64,000 bases of DNA from Clostridia bacterium (GTDB taxonomy: Bacteria; Bacillota; Clostridia; Oscillospirales; Acutalibacteraceae): the NCBI GenBank assembly GCA_017440005.1, contig JAFSIB010000071.1:2296-66295 (forward strand), written 5' to 3'. How positions within the stretch are numbered: position 1 is the stretch's first letter; each line of letters begins with the position of its first letter. Both the position numbers and the translations under genes were made by a program. This document shows positions 28,583 to 37,444 of this stretch, piece after piece. The notes below the pieces were generated by a model, which had not been told where the DNA came from, did not search any database, and worked only from the letters and a program-made list of their open reading frames with translations.

Positions 28583-29839
28583 ATGTCAAAGTTGGTCATT
28601 GAAGGCGGGCGCCGTCTGAGCGGAGTCATACATATTCACGGAGCCAAAAACAGTGCGTTGCCGATCTTAGCGGCGGCGTATCTGGCGCAAGGACCGTGTG
28701 AGATCGAGAACTGTCCGTTGCTTTCGGACGTGCAGGCCGCAGGCAAGATCTTACAACACCTGGGGTGCACCGTCGAACGCGAAGAACATACGATGCGTGT
28801 AGACGCGTCCGAAGCGAGCGGGTTTACCGTTCCGGACGGACTGATGCGCGAAATGCGGTCGTCCATTGTCTTTTTGGGCGCGATTGCCGCGCGCACGGGC
28901 AAGGCAGAACTGTCGTTTCCCGGCGGCTGTGAATTGGGGCCGCGCCCCATTGATCAGCACTTGTCGGCATTGCGCCAACTGGGTTTGCAGATCTGCGAAG
29001 AGGGCGGGCGTCTGGAATGCCGTGTTAAAGGACGGCTGACGGGTTGCCCCATCTCCTTGTCTTTTCCGAGTGTCGGTGCCACCGAAAACATTTTGTTGGC
29101 GGCGGTAACGGCGCGGGGAACCACGACGATCATCAACGCCGCACGGGAACCGGAGATCGTGGATCTGTGTGATTTTTTGTGCGCGTGCGGTGCGCATATC
29201 CGCGGCGCGGGTGAGGGCACGATCGTGATCGACGGTGTGGAACGGTTGCACGGATGCCGTCATCGGGTGATTCCCGACCGCATTGAAACCGCCACGTATA
29301 TGGGCGCGGCGGCGATCACGGGCGGTTCGCTTTTGTTAAAGCAAGTCAAGTCCGAACACGTGCAGGCGATCATACCGGTTTTTGAAGAAGCCGGATGTCA
29401 AGTGGCGGTGTGGGGTGATGAACTGCTCATCAGCGCGCCGGGGAGGTTGCGGCGTGTGCACACGGTGCGTACGTTGCCGTATCCCGGATTCCCCACCGAT
29501 GCGCAGGCACTCATGATGGCGCCTATGTGCGTGGCAGACGGCACCAGTGTATTTATTGAAACCATCTTTGAAAGTCGTTATAAACACGTGTGTGAATTGA
29601 TGCGGATGGGCGCGCAGATCAAAGTGGAAGGGCGCGTTGCCGTGGTGGAAGGCGTTGCCGAGTTATTCGGTGCGCCGGTGGAATGTACCGATCTGCGCGG
29701 CGGTGCGGCTCTTGTGTTGGCGGCGCTTGCGGCGAACGGAACGACCGAGATCACCCAACTGCATCATTTGGAAAGAGGATATGAGGCGATGGCGCAAACG
29801 TTCTGCGGAGTGGGCGCCGCCGCTTATCTGCAAGAATAA
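28583..29839 (+). CDS. murA: UDP-N-acetylglucosamine 1-carboxyvinyltransferase
   Basis: VIHIHGAKNSALPILAAA. The active-site loop FPGGCELGPRPID retains the Cys. Confidence 0.95.
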   Translation: MSKLVIEGGRRLSGVIHIHGAKNSALPILAAAYLAQGPCEIENCPLLSDVQAAGKILQHLGCTVEREEHTMRVDASEASGFTVPDGLMREMRSSIVFLGAIAARTGKAELSFPGGCELGPRPIDQHLSALRQLGLQICEEGGRLECRVKGRLTGCPISLSFPSVGATENILLAAVTARGTTTIINAAREPEIVDLCDFLCACGAHIRGAGEGTIVIDGVERLHGCRHRVIPDRIETATYMGAAAITGGSLLLKQVKSEHVQAIIPVFEEAGCQVAVWGDELLISAPGRLRRVHTVRTLPYPGFPTDAQALMMAPMCVADGTSVFIETIFESRYKHVCELMRMGAQIKVEGRVAVVEGVAELFGAPVECTDLRGGAALVLAALAANGTTEITQLHHLERGYEAMAQTFCGVGAAAYLQE

Positions 29840-29857
29840 AAAAGACGGAGAGGACGC

Positions 29858-30772
29858 ATGAAAAAAAGGCGGTCACAACCGAAACGCCGAAACAGCCAGA
29901 AGCGAAGACGCAATCGCTTCCGGCTGTTTGTCGTGCTGTCAATTGTGAACATCGCCTTGCTCGTCCTCACAATTTTACTGTTGCCTGCGGCGTTGGACAC
30001 GCCGAAGACCGATGAAAACGGGAAACCGTCCCCGCTGGGGATCCGCAGTATCACGGTGGAGGGAAACACGGTATACGACAACGAAGCGATCATCGGTATC
30101 AGCGAACTGGAGATTGGGCAGAGCGTGTTTGCCGTCAACAAAGGGCAGATCGAAAAACGGTTGAAAAAAGAATTTGTATACGTGCGTGACGTGGCGGTGG
30201 ATCTCTCGTTCAAGCGCGACGTGACGTTACGCATCACGCAGGCGGAAGAAATGGGCGCGGTGTATGCGAACGGCGGCTGGGTGATCGTGGATGAAAACGG
30301 TATCGGCTTGCAAAAAGAACCGATCGAAAGTGAACGGCCGCTCAGACGCATGTATCTGAAAGGCGCGGGCACGCTGACCGATGAGATCGGCAAACAGGTG
30401 CTGGATGAACGGAGCCTTGCGATCATCGGTGAGATCTGTTCGGCATTTGAAACGTATGAGCTCGGTGAGATCAGCGAGATCGATATGAGTAATCTGAACG
30501 ATATTCGGGCAAACTGGAAAAACCAGATCACCATTGCGTTTGGTAACGATTCCAATCTGGCGTATGAAGTGGCGGTGGCGGCAACGTCCATTCCGAAAAT
30601 TTTGGCGCGGCACGGGCAGACAGCGACGGGGCTTCTCAACGTCAGTCAGTATTCCGATCCGACGGTGGAAACCCCCACCATTATTTTCACACCGTCCTCT
30701 TTATTGGATGATGAAACCAAAAAAGAGCCCTCTCAAACGCCTGAGGATTCGACAACTCCCACAAATAATTAA
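29858..30772 (+). CDS. ftsQ: Cell division protein FtsQ/DivIB
   Basis: Basic N-terminus, a single TM segment, a POTRA-like IRSITVEGNTVYDNEAI segment, and the position upstream of ftsZ. Confidence 0.75.
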   Translation: MKKRRSQPKRRNSQKRRRNRFRLFVVLSIVNIALLVLTILLLPAALDTPKTDENGKPSPLGIRSITVEGNTVYDNEAIIGISELEIGQSVFAVNKGQIEKRLKKEFVYVRDVAVDLSFKRDVTLRITQAEEMGAVYANGGWVIVDENGIGLQKEPIESERPLRRMYLKGAGTLTDEIGKQVLDERSLAIIGEICSAFETYELGEISEIDMSNLNDIRANWKNQITIAFGNDSNLAYEVAVAATSIPKILARHGQTATGLLNVSQYSDPTVETPTIIFTPSSLLDDETKKEPSQTPEDSTTPTNN

Positions 30773-30799
30773 AAAAACAAAAATTTTTCTAAAATACTG

Positions 30800-30842
30800 T
30801 TGAAATCGTGGGGTTGACATGGTAGAATTAAAGCAGTATAAT
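30800..30842 (+). promoter_or_regulatory. Two overlapping near-consensus sigma-A promoters upstream of ftsZ
   Basis: P1: TTGAAA (30800-30805), 17 nt, TGgTAGAAT (-10 at 30823-30828). P2: TTGACA (30814-30819), 17 nt, TATAAT (30837-30842). Confidence 0.55.
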
Positions 30843-30902
30843 GTACAGTGACTCTGTAAACGTAGATTAACTGTTGCGAAATAAAAGGTAGGAGGATGTT
30901 CC

Positions 30903-31967
30903 ATGAACTTTGAATACGATGATGAAGTCTTGGATACCGGCGTTCAAATAAAAGTAATCGGTGTCGGCGGCGGCGGCGGAAACGCCCTGAACCGCATGGT
31001 CACTGCCGGTGTAAAAGGCGTGGAATTCGTGGCGATCAACACGGATCACCAGGCTTTGTTGCGCTCTCAGGCGACAATTAAACTGCAAATCGGCGAAAAA
31101 TTGACACGCGGTATGGGTGCCGGCGCTAACCCCGAAAAAGGTCAGCGCGCTGCTGAAGAAAGCCGCGATGAGATTACGGCTGCGCTCAAAGGTACCGATA
31201 TGGTGTTCATCACCGCCGGTATGGGCGGCGGTACCGGTACCGGTGCGGCTCCCGTTGTTGCCGAGATTGCCCGTGATATGGGTATCCTGACGGTTGGTAT
31301 CGTTACCAAACCGTTTGCGTTTGAAGGCCGCCGCCGTATGGAGCAGGCGGAAAACGGTATTGCCATTCTGCGTGAGCACGTGGATAGCTTGGTGGTTATC
31401 CCCAACGAGCGTTTGAAACTGGTTACCGAGCAACGCATCACGTTGGCAAACGCGTTCCAGGCGGCAGACAGCGTTCTGCGTCAGGGCGTGCAGTCGATCT
31501 CGGAATTGATCACTGCCGAAGCGGTCATCAATCTCGACTTTGCCGACGTTACTGCGATCATGAAAGATGCCGGTTATGCTCACATGGGTATCGGCCGTGC
31601 TGAAGGTAAAGATAAGGCAGAAGCCGCGGCTCGCGAAGCGATCGCCAGCCCGCTGCTTGAGACCACCATCAACGGTGCTCGCGGCCTGATCATCAACGTT
31701 ACCGCTTCGCCGGATATCCCGCTTGAAGATGTGGATATTGCCTGTAACCTCATTTCCGAGGCGGCGCATCCGGATGTCAATACCATCTGGGGTCTGACCT
31801 TCAACGAGAACCTGGAAGACGAACTGTGCATCACGTTGGTTGCTACCGGTTTCTCGGCAGACGGTTCGTACGTCCCGCCCACGGAAGACGGTCGCGGCGG
31901 TACGGATTCCAGCGATTATGACGATGAGGATCTCCTCAACATGTTCCGCAGAAGACCGCAGGAATAA
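30903..31967 (+). CDS. ftsZ: Cell division protein FtsZ
   Basis: [13 protein letters not shown] and [13 protein letters not shown] tubulin signature. GGAGGA RBS. Confidence 0.97.
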   Translation: MNFEYDDEVLDTGVQIKVIGVGGGGGNALNRMVTAGVKGVEFVAINTDHQALLRSQATIKLQIGEKLTRGMGAGANPEKGQRAAEESRDEITAALKGTDMVFITAGMGGGTGTGAAPVVAEIARDMGILTVGIVTKPFAFEGRRRMEQAENGIAILREHVDSLVVIPNERLKLVTEQRITLANAFQAADSVLRQGVQSISELITAEAVINLDFADVTAIMKDAGYAHMGIGRAEGKDKAEAAAREAIASPLLETTINGARGLIINVTASPDIPLEDVDIACNLISEAAHPDVNTIWGLTFNENLEDELCITLVATGFSADGSYVPPTEDGRGGTDSSDYDDEDLLNMFRRRPQE

Positions 31968-31980
31968 GATAGTTAACCGA

Positions 31981-32013
31981 AACGGCGGGAAGCAACGGCT
32001 TCCCGCCGTTTTT
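31981..32013 (+). terminator. Intrinsic terminator after ftsZ
   Basis: AACGGCGGGAAGC (31981-31993) pairs with GCTTCCCGCCGTT (31998-32010), followed by a T-run. Confidence 0.85.
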
Positions 32014-32035
32014 CAAATCACAAGGAGGTGTGGAT

Positions 32036-32752
32036 ATGGCGGCACGGGATCTGTCAGCGCCGTTTCGTGCGGCGGTGGACACCTATGCCATGATTGGAGA
32101 AGGTGACCGCGTGGCGGTGGGTGTGTCCGGCGGTAAGGACAGTGTGGCACTGTTGGTGCTGCTGGCACAACTGCGGCGGTTTTATCCGCATCGCTTTGAA
32201 TTGACCGCCATCACTTTGGATCCTTGTTTTGACGGGATCGCAGGGGATTACACACAAATCACGGAACTGTGTGAGCGGTTGGACGTGCCGTACATCCTCA
32301 AACGTACGAAACTGTGGGATGCCGTGCAGGAACATATCGGGGAGGAAAATCCGTGCAGTTTGTGTGCGCGGTTGCGCCGCGGAACGTTGCACCGCGTTGC
32401 CAAAGAGGCGGGGTGTAACACCGTGGCGTTGGGGCATCACCAGGATGATGCGGCGGAAACGGTGCTGATGAATTTGTTGTCCGGTGCCACCATCGGGTGT
32501 TTTTCGCCTAAGAGTTATTTAGACCGCAGTGACATTACGCTTATTCGCCCGATGATCTTTTTATCGGAAAAGGAGATCGATGCGTTTGTGAAACGGGAAG
32601 GATTGCCGATCATTCCGTCGCGGTGTCCGGTTGACGGCGTTACGCACCGCCAACAGACAAAGGAATTGATTGCGGAATTATCCAGAACGTACGGTGATGT
32701 CAGCAAAAAGATCACCGATGCCCTGCAAAAAGGACAGATCAGTAACTGGTAA
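32036..32752 (+). CDS. PP-loop ATPase, TtcA-family tRNA thiolation protein
   Basis: PP-loop VGVSGGKDS and the TtcA-type CSLCARLRRG motif. AAGGAGG RBS before ATG 32036. Confidence 0.8.
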   Translation: MAARDLSAPFRAAVDTYAMIGEGDRVAVGVSGGKDSVALLVLLAQLRRFYPHRFELTAITLDPCFDGIAGDYTQITELCERLDVPYILKRTKLWDAVQEHIGEENPCSLCARLRRGTLHRVAKEAGCNTVALGHHQDDAAETVLMNLLSGATIGCFSPKSYLDRSDITLIRPMIFLSEKEIDAFVKREGLPIIPSRCPVDGVTHRQQTKELIAELSRTYGDVSKKITDALQKGQISNW

Positions 32753-32756
32753 TTGG

Positions 32757-32788
32757 AAAACCCGACTTGGTAACAAGTCGGGTTTTTT
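32757..32788 (+). terminator. Intrinsic terminator
   Basis: AAAACCCGACTTG (32757-32769) pairs with CAAGTCGGGTTTT (32774-32786), followed by a T-run. Confidence 0.85.
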
Positions 32789-32944
32789 ATGTGAATATGG
32801 GGGATACACTATAATAGAGCCATACACGACGCGGTAGAACGTATCTCTACCGAAAAGAGAGACGCTTTTCGGTGTTGGTAGGTAGACTTTTTGCGGATGT
32901 ACATGATATGGTTTGTGCAGAGTTTTGAAAGGAAGGCACCTTGC

Positions 32945-33781
32945 ATGAGAACCGTTAAAATCGTGGCAGATTCCTCTGCCAATATGTTGTCGTTACCCCA
33001 TGTGGCTTTTGCATCGGCACCGCTGAAGATCATCACGGCGGATCGGGAGTTTACGGACGGGGAAACCTTGGACGTCCGTGACATGATCGCGTATTTTGAC
33101 ACATACAAAGGTACGTCCAAAACGTCGTGTCCTAACCCGTCGGACTGGCTTGCGGCGTTTGGGGATGCGGATGATATTTTTTGTGTGACCATTACGAGCG
33201 GATTGTCGGGCAGTTACAATGCGGCTTGCGCCGCCAAGGCCATGTATGAGGCGGAAAACGAGGGAAAGCGCGTGTGCGTGATCGATTCACTGTCTGCCGG
33301 TCCGGAACTGACGCTGATTATCGAGAAGTTAGAAGAATGGATCGGTAAAGGCGTGTCGTTTGACGATATCTGTGTGTTGGTGCGATCGTATACCGAAAAA
33401 ACGGGATTGTTATTCATGTTAGAATCGCTCAAAAACTTTGCGGCGAACGGCAGGGTGTCCCCTGCAATTGCCAAAGTCGTGGGGTTTTTAGGGATTTGGA
33501 TCGTGGGTAAAGCGAGCGAAAAAGGTCAGTTGGAACCGCTTCACAAATGCCGTGGACAGGAGCGGTCGCTGGAAACCTTGTTTGCGGAATTGAAAAAGAA
33601 CGGGTTATCCAAAGGCAAAGTGCGCATTGCGCATTGTGAAAACGAAGCGGCGGCAACGGCACTCCAAAAAGCCATTCTGGCGCAGATACCCGCTGCAGAC
33701 GTCAGCATATCCACATGCAGAGGACTGTGCAGTTACTATGCCGAAAAAGGCGGATTGCTGGTTGGATTTGAAAAAATATAA
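32945..33781 (+). CDS. DegV family fatty-acid-binding protein
   Basis: MRTVKIVADSSANM start, TSCPNPSDW and ITSGLSGSYN motifs typical of DegV. The track start at 32891 was trimmed. Confidence 0.85.
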   Translation: MRTVKIVADSSANMLSLPHVAFASAPLKIITADREFTDGETLDVRDMIAYFDTYKGTSKTSCPNPSDWLAAFGDADDIFCVTITSGLSGSYNAACAAKAMYEAENEGKRVCVIDSLSAGPELTLIIEKLEEWIGKGVSFDDICVLVRSYTEKTGLLFMLESLKNFAANGRVSPAIAKVVGFLGIWIVGKASEKGQLEPLHKCRGQERSLETLFAELKKNGLSKGKVRIAHCENEAAATALQKAILAQIPAADVSISTCRGLCSYYAEKGGLLVGFEKI

Positions 33782-33792
33782 TGCTGAAAATA

Positions 33793-33830
33793 CAGCGGGA
33801 CGGTTACGCAGTTGCGTAACCGTCCCGCTG
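33793..33830. terminator. 18-bp perfect hairpin between convergent genes (probable bidirectional terminator)
   Basis: CAGCGGGACGGTTACGCA (33793-33810) pairs with TGCGTAACCGTCCCGCTG (33813-33830). The flanking T/A tracts are weak. Confidence 0.6.
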
Positions 33831-33846
33831 TTATTATAGAATACTG

Positions 33847-35004
33847 TTACTGTTTCGCTTGCTGATCCAACACAAACTGCACAAGCAGGGCGGCACCGAT
33901 GGGAAGCGCTTTCTCATCAATGTCAAAATCGGGATTGTGGAGCAAAGCTGTGAGACCCTTTTCCGCGTTACGAGTGCCGGTGCGGAACAGGATGCCGGGG
34001 CGCACGTCCTGGAATCGTGAGAAATCCTCAGATGCCATCTGCGGTGCGATCACGGTTACGTTGTCATCACCCAGCACCGCACGTGCGGTGCACATCCAAG
34101 CTTCGCAAAGCGCCGGATCGTTGTTGACGACCGTGGCTTTGGTGGAATCCTCACATTTAAACGTGACGTTGGTACCGTTTGCCGCATTGGCACAGATCTC
34201 TTTGATGCGGTGCATGATGAACCGATCAACGTCCATGTCATACGTGCGAAGTGTACCGAGCATGACCGCATGATCCGGCACGACGTTTTGTGTGGTACCG
34301 GCATTGAGTTTGTTGATGGAGCAGACATAGCGCGTGAACGGATCGATTTCACGGTTGAGCATGGTGTGTATTGCCTGATAGGCGGTGATCGCCGCCGCCA
34401 GCGCATCGGCACCGGTGTGCGGCAAGGTTGCGTGAGCAGTCTTGCCGAAGAATTCCAGTTTATAGTTATGTGACGATGCCATGGCAGGACCGATACAGAT
34501 ACCGGCAGTGCCGACGTCCAACGCAGGGTCAACGTGTTGACCGATAACGATATCCACGTCGTCCAGTACGCCGTTTTGGATCATCATGGACGCACCGCTG
34601 ACGCGCCCCTCTTCACTGGGTTGGAACAACAGTTTCACCCGACAGGTAAGTGCCGTTTCCTGCTCTTTGAGCAGTTTGGCGGCAGCCAGCAACATGGCGG
34701 TGTGGGTATCGTGCCCGCAAGCGTGCATGAGTCCGGTGTGCGTGGAACGGTAAGGGACATCGTTTTGTTCCTGTACGGGCAGGGCATCCATGTCCGCACG
34801 GATGGCAATGCAATATTTTGCATCAGCAGGACCGATCGTTCCGACAACACTTCCCGTGCCGAATTTTTCGGTATACGGAATGTTAAGAGCGGTCAGTTCC
34901 TGTTTGACGATCGCTACGGTTTTGGGTAGATCGAATTCCAGTTCCGGAACGCGGTGTAATTCACGGCGAACACGGGTGACATAAGCGGTATCGACCGATA
35001 ACAT
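33847..35004 (-). CDS. M20-family amidohydrolase (N-acyl-amino acid amidohydrolase/hippurate hydrolase type)
   Basis: LHRVPELEF, IRADMDALP and MHACGHDTH motifs. ATG 35004 is preferred over GTG 35013 on RBS spacing. Confidence 0.85.
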   Translation of the reverse strand: MLSVDTAYVTRVRRELHRVPELEFDLPKTVAIVKQELTALNIPYTEKFGTGSVVGTIGPADAKYCIAIRADMDALPVQEQNDVPYRSTHTGLMHACGHDTHTAMLLAAAKLLKEQETALTCRVKLLFQPSEEGRVSGASMMIQNGVLDDVDIVIGQHVDPALDVGTAGICIGPAMASSHNYKLEFFGKTAHATLPHTGADALAAAITAYQAIHTMLNREIDPFTRYVCSINKLNAGTTQNVVPDHAVMLGTLRTYDMDVDRFIMHRIKEICANAANGTNVTFKCEDSTKATVVNNDPALCEAWMCTARAVLGDDNVTVIAPQMASEDFSRFQDVRPGILFRTGTRNAEKGLTALLHNPDFDIDEKALPIGAALLVQFVLDQQAKQ

Positions 35005-35019
35005 AACGGACACCTTCTT

Positions 35020-36036
35020 TTATTGTTTATAACCGTCCGGATTTTGGGATTGCCAACGCCAGGTATCGCGGCACATATCTTCAAGGCCCAACTGTGCTTC
35101 CCAGCCAAGCAGGGTTTTGGCTTTGGCGGGGTTGGAATAGCACGTGCCGATATCGCCGGGACGGCGATCGGTAATGACGTAAGGGACTTTGACACCGTTG
35201 ACCTTTTCAAAGGCATTGACCAGATCCAGTACGCTGTAACCTGTGCCGGTGCCGAGGTTTACGGCTTCAACGCCGGTGTGAGCAAGTGCGTAATCGACCG
35301 CACAAACGTGGCCGCGTGCCAGATCGACAACGTGAATGAAATCACGTACGCCGGTGCCGTCGGGTGTATCGTAATCGTTGCCGAATACCGACAGTTTTTC
35401 ACGCTTACCGATGGCAACTTGCGATACGTACGGCATTAAGTTGTTCGGAATACCGTTGGGATCTTCACCGATCAGACCGCTTTCGTGTGCGCCGATGGGG
35501 TTGAAATACCGCAGTAACACAACCGACCATTCGGGATCGGATACGCACAGATCCTGCAGAATACATTCGATCATGAACTTGGTACGGCCGTACGGATTGG
35601 TGACGGCACCTACCGTCATGGTTTCATCGAGCGGGGAAGGGTTATTCATGCCGTATACGGTGGCGGAAGAACTGAACACCATCCGTTTACAACCGAATTC
35701 ACGCATGACGTCACACAAAACCAGTGTGCCGTTGACGTTGTTATCAAAATATTCAAGCGGTTTTGCAACGGATTCGCCCACCGCTTTCAGTCCCGCAAAA
35801 TGAATGACAATATCGATTTTATGGTCTTGAAAAATGCGGCGCAACCCTTCACGGTCACGAATGTCGCACTCGTAAAACGGAATCTCTTTTCCGGTGATGC
35901 GTTTTACGCGGTTGAGCGCTTCCATGTCGGAATTATAAAAGTTATCCAACACGACGATATCCTGATTTTTGTTTAACAATTCAATACAGGTATGGCTACC
36001 GATGTACCCGCAACCGCCGGTAATTAATATTGACAT
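35020..36036 (-). CDS. galE: UDP-glucose 4-epimerase
   Basis: MSILITGGCGYIGSH Rossmann start, SSSATVYG, and the YGRTK catalytic YxxxK. Confidence 0.95.
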   Translation of the reverse strand: MSILITGGCGYIGSHTCIELLNKNQDIVVLDNFYNSDMEALNRVKRITGKEIPFYECDIRDREGLRRIFQDHKIDIVIHFAGLKAVGESVAKPLEYFDNNVNGTLVLCDVMREFGCKRMVFSSSATVYGMNNPSPLDETMTVGAVTNPYGRTKFMIECILQDLCVSDPEWSVVLLRYFNPIGAHESGLIGEDPNGIPNNLMPYVSQVAIGKREKLSVFGNDYDTPDGTGVRDFIHVVDLARGHVCAVDYALAHTGVEAVNLGTGTGYSVLDLVNAFEKVNGVKVPYVITDRRPGDIGTCYSNPAKAKTLLGWEAQLGLEDMCRDTWRWQSQNPDGYKQ

Positions 36037-36096
36037 TTTGAAACCACCTCAGTATAGTATAAAGTACGGGACCGATGTTCCGTTTGGTGTAGTTTC

Positions 36097-36125
36097 ATTA
36101 TACCATAAGAGAATCGAACTCGCAA
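36097..36125 (-). promoter_or_regulatory. Sigma-A type promoter for galE (extended -10)
   Basis: On the minus strand: TTGCGA (36125-36120), 17 nt, TGgTATAAT (-10 at 36102-36097). Confidence 0.5.
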
Positions 36126-36243
36126 TGGTTTTCACCGCATTTTTTCGCCCGGATTGCCTCGAATTTTCCCGCCATGCGTCAAGCATGCCGAAAAAATTAT
36201 TCGTTATCCGAACAAAAAAGTGTTCGGTGAAAACTGCTACGCA

Positions 36244-36348
36244 CCTATGTACAAAGATTTTTCAGTGATTTTTGCGGATGCGTCTGCCGGTGGGCTGACG
36301 CCCACCAAGGACAAAACCGCGAAAAGCGCTAAAAAGATTGTACATAGG
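36244..36348. repeat. 105-nt imperfect three-tier palindrome / long stem-loop in the galE-nucleotidyltransferase intergenic region
   Basis: CCTATGTACAA (36244-36254) pairs with TTGTACATAGG (36338-36348). TTTTGCGG (36270-36277) pairs with CCGCgAAAA (36317-36325). GGTGGGC (36289-36295) pairs with GCCCACC (36300-36306). Confidence 0.6.
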
Positions 36349-36515
36349 CATTGTGGGGTTCGGCTCTCTTATGGTATACCGCAACGTTGTGTCATTTTCA
36401 ATGGATATTTGTTGCACCGACAGAAAGTACACCATTTTTGACGGAACGGCTATTGCCCGATCTGACCGAAATGTTGTAAGATTGTGGTGTAATCCACAGA
36501 AAAGAGGAATGTTGT

Positions 36516-37430
36516 ATGAAACCGACACTCGTTATCATGGCCGCCGGCATGGGAAGCCGTTTTGGCGGACTTAAACAACTCACACCGGTGGGGCCTCATG
36601 GACAGTTGTTGATCGATTATTCGATCTACGATGCCATTGAGTCCGGCTTTGGTAAGATCGTATTTGTGATTAAACATGCCATCGAAAAAGAGTTCAAAGA
36701 ATTGCTGGGTAACCGCATTGCCGCGAAATTTCCGGTGGAATACGTGTACCAGGAATTGGATAAACTGCCCGAAGGGTATACGGTGCCGGAAGGCCGCACC
36801 AAACCCTGGGGTACGGGTCATGCGATCTTGTGCTGCCGCGGGGTGGTGAAAGAACCGTTTATGGTCATCAACGCGGATGATTTTTACGGTCGGGAAAGCT
36901 ACCGTATTCTGGCAGAGTTTCTGTCTGGGGCGAATGCGGAAAACGGAAAAATGCAGTTTGCCATGTCGGCATACACCCTGGAGAACACCTTGACCGAAAA
37001 CGGATACGTGTCCCGCGGGATTTGTTCTGTTGATGAACAGGGCAAGTTGTGCGGATTGGTTGAGCGTACACACATTGAACTGGTGGACGGCAAAGCGCAG
37101 TACAGCGAGGATGACGGCAAAACGTGGAATGAATTGCCCGCGGGTTGTGCGGTGTCCATGAATGCCTGGGCGTTCCCTGCCGAGATGTTGGATCACCTGG
37201 AAGCGGGATTCAAAGAGTTTTTGGATACCACGGCAAAAGAAAATCCGGCAAAAGCCGAGTTCTATCTGCCGTTTGCCGTGAACGATATGATGAGCGAGGG
37301 CAAGGCGGAAACCACCGTGTTGCGCACGCGTGACCGTTGGTACGGTATGACCTATGCCGCAGACAGAGCAGACGTGGAAAATGCGATTGCCGCTATGACG
37401 GAAAACGGGACCTATCCCGCTGATATGTAA
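36516..37430 (+). CDS. Sugar-1-phosphate nucleotidyltransferase family protein (substrate unknown)
   Basis: N-terminal NTP-transferase signature LVIMAAGMGSRFGGLKQ and the later INADDFYG. Co-operonic with the anomeric kinase, 14 nt apart. Confidence 0.8.
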   Translation: MKPTLVIMAAGMGSRFGGLKQLTPVGPHGQLLIDYSIYDAIESGFGKIVFVIKHAIEKEFKELLGNRIAAKFPVEYVYQELDKLPEGYTVPEGRTKPWGTGHAILCCRGVVKEPFMVINADDFYGRESYRILAEFLSGANAENGKMQFAMSAYTLENTLTENGYVSRGICSVDEQGKLCGLVERTHIELVDGKAQYSEDDGKTWNELPAGCAVSMNAWAFPAEMLDHLEAGFKEFLDTTAKENPAKAEFYLPFAVNDMMSEGKAETTVLRTRDRWYGMTYAADRADVENAIAAMTENGTYPADM

Positions 37431-37444
37431 GGAGTGTTTCCATT

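Noticed and set aside
29824-30639. 271-aa minus-strand ORF
   Set aside because: It is antisense to ftsQ/divIB. It is Ser/Pro/Arg-rich, has no start context, and would interrupt an otherwise co-directional dcw operon.
30867-31769. 300-aa minus-strand ORF
   Set aside because: It is antisense to ftsZ.
32789-32944. Hairpins in the degV leader (GGTAGA/TCTACC and CCGAAAAG/CTTTTCGG), considered as a possible riboswitch
   Set aside because: They are short independent hairpins that resemble no riboswitch class I know, and the promoter assignment is weak.
36154-36574. Short ORFs (78-99 aa, both strands) inside the 479-bp galE-nucleotidyltransferase intergenic region
   Set aside because: They have no RBS and mutually overlapping frames. 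The region is better explained by promoters and stem-loops. They could only be rescued by conservation or ribosome-profiling evidence.
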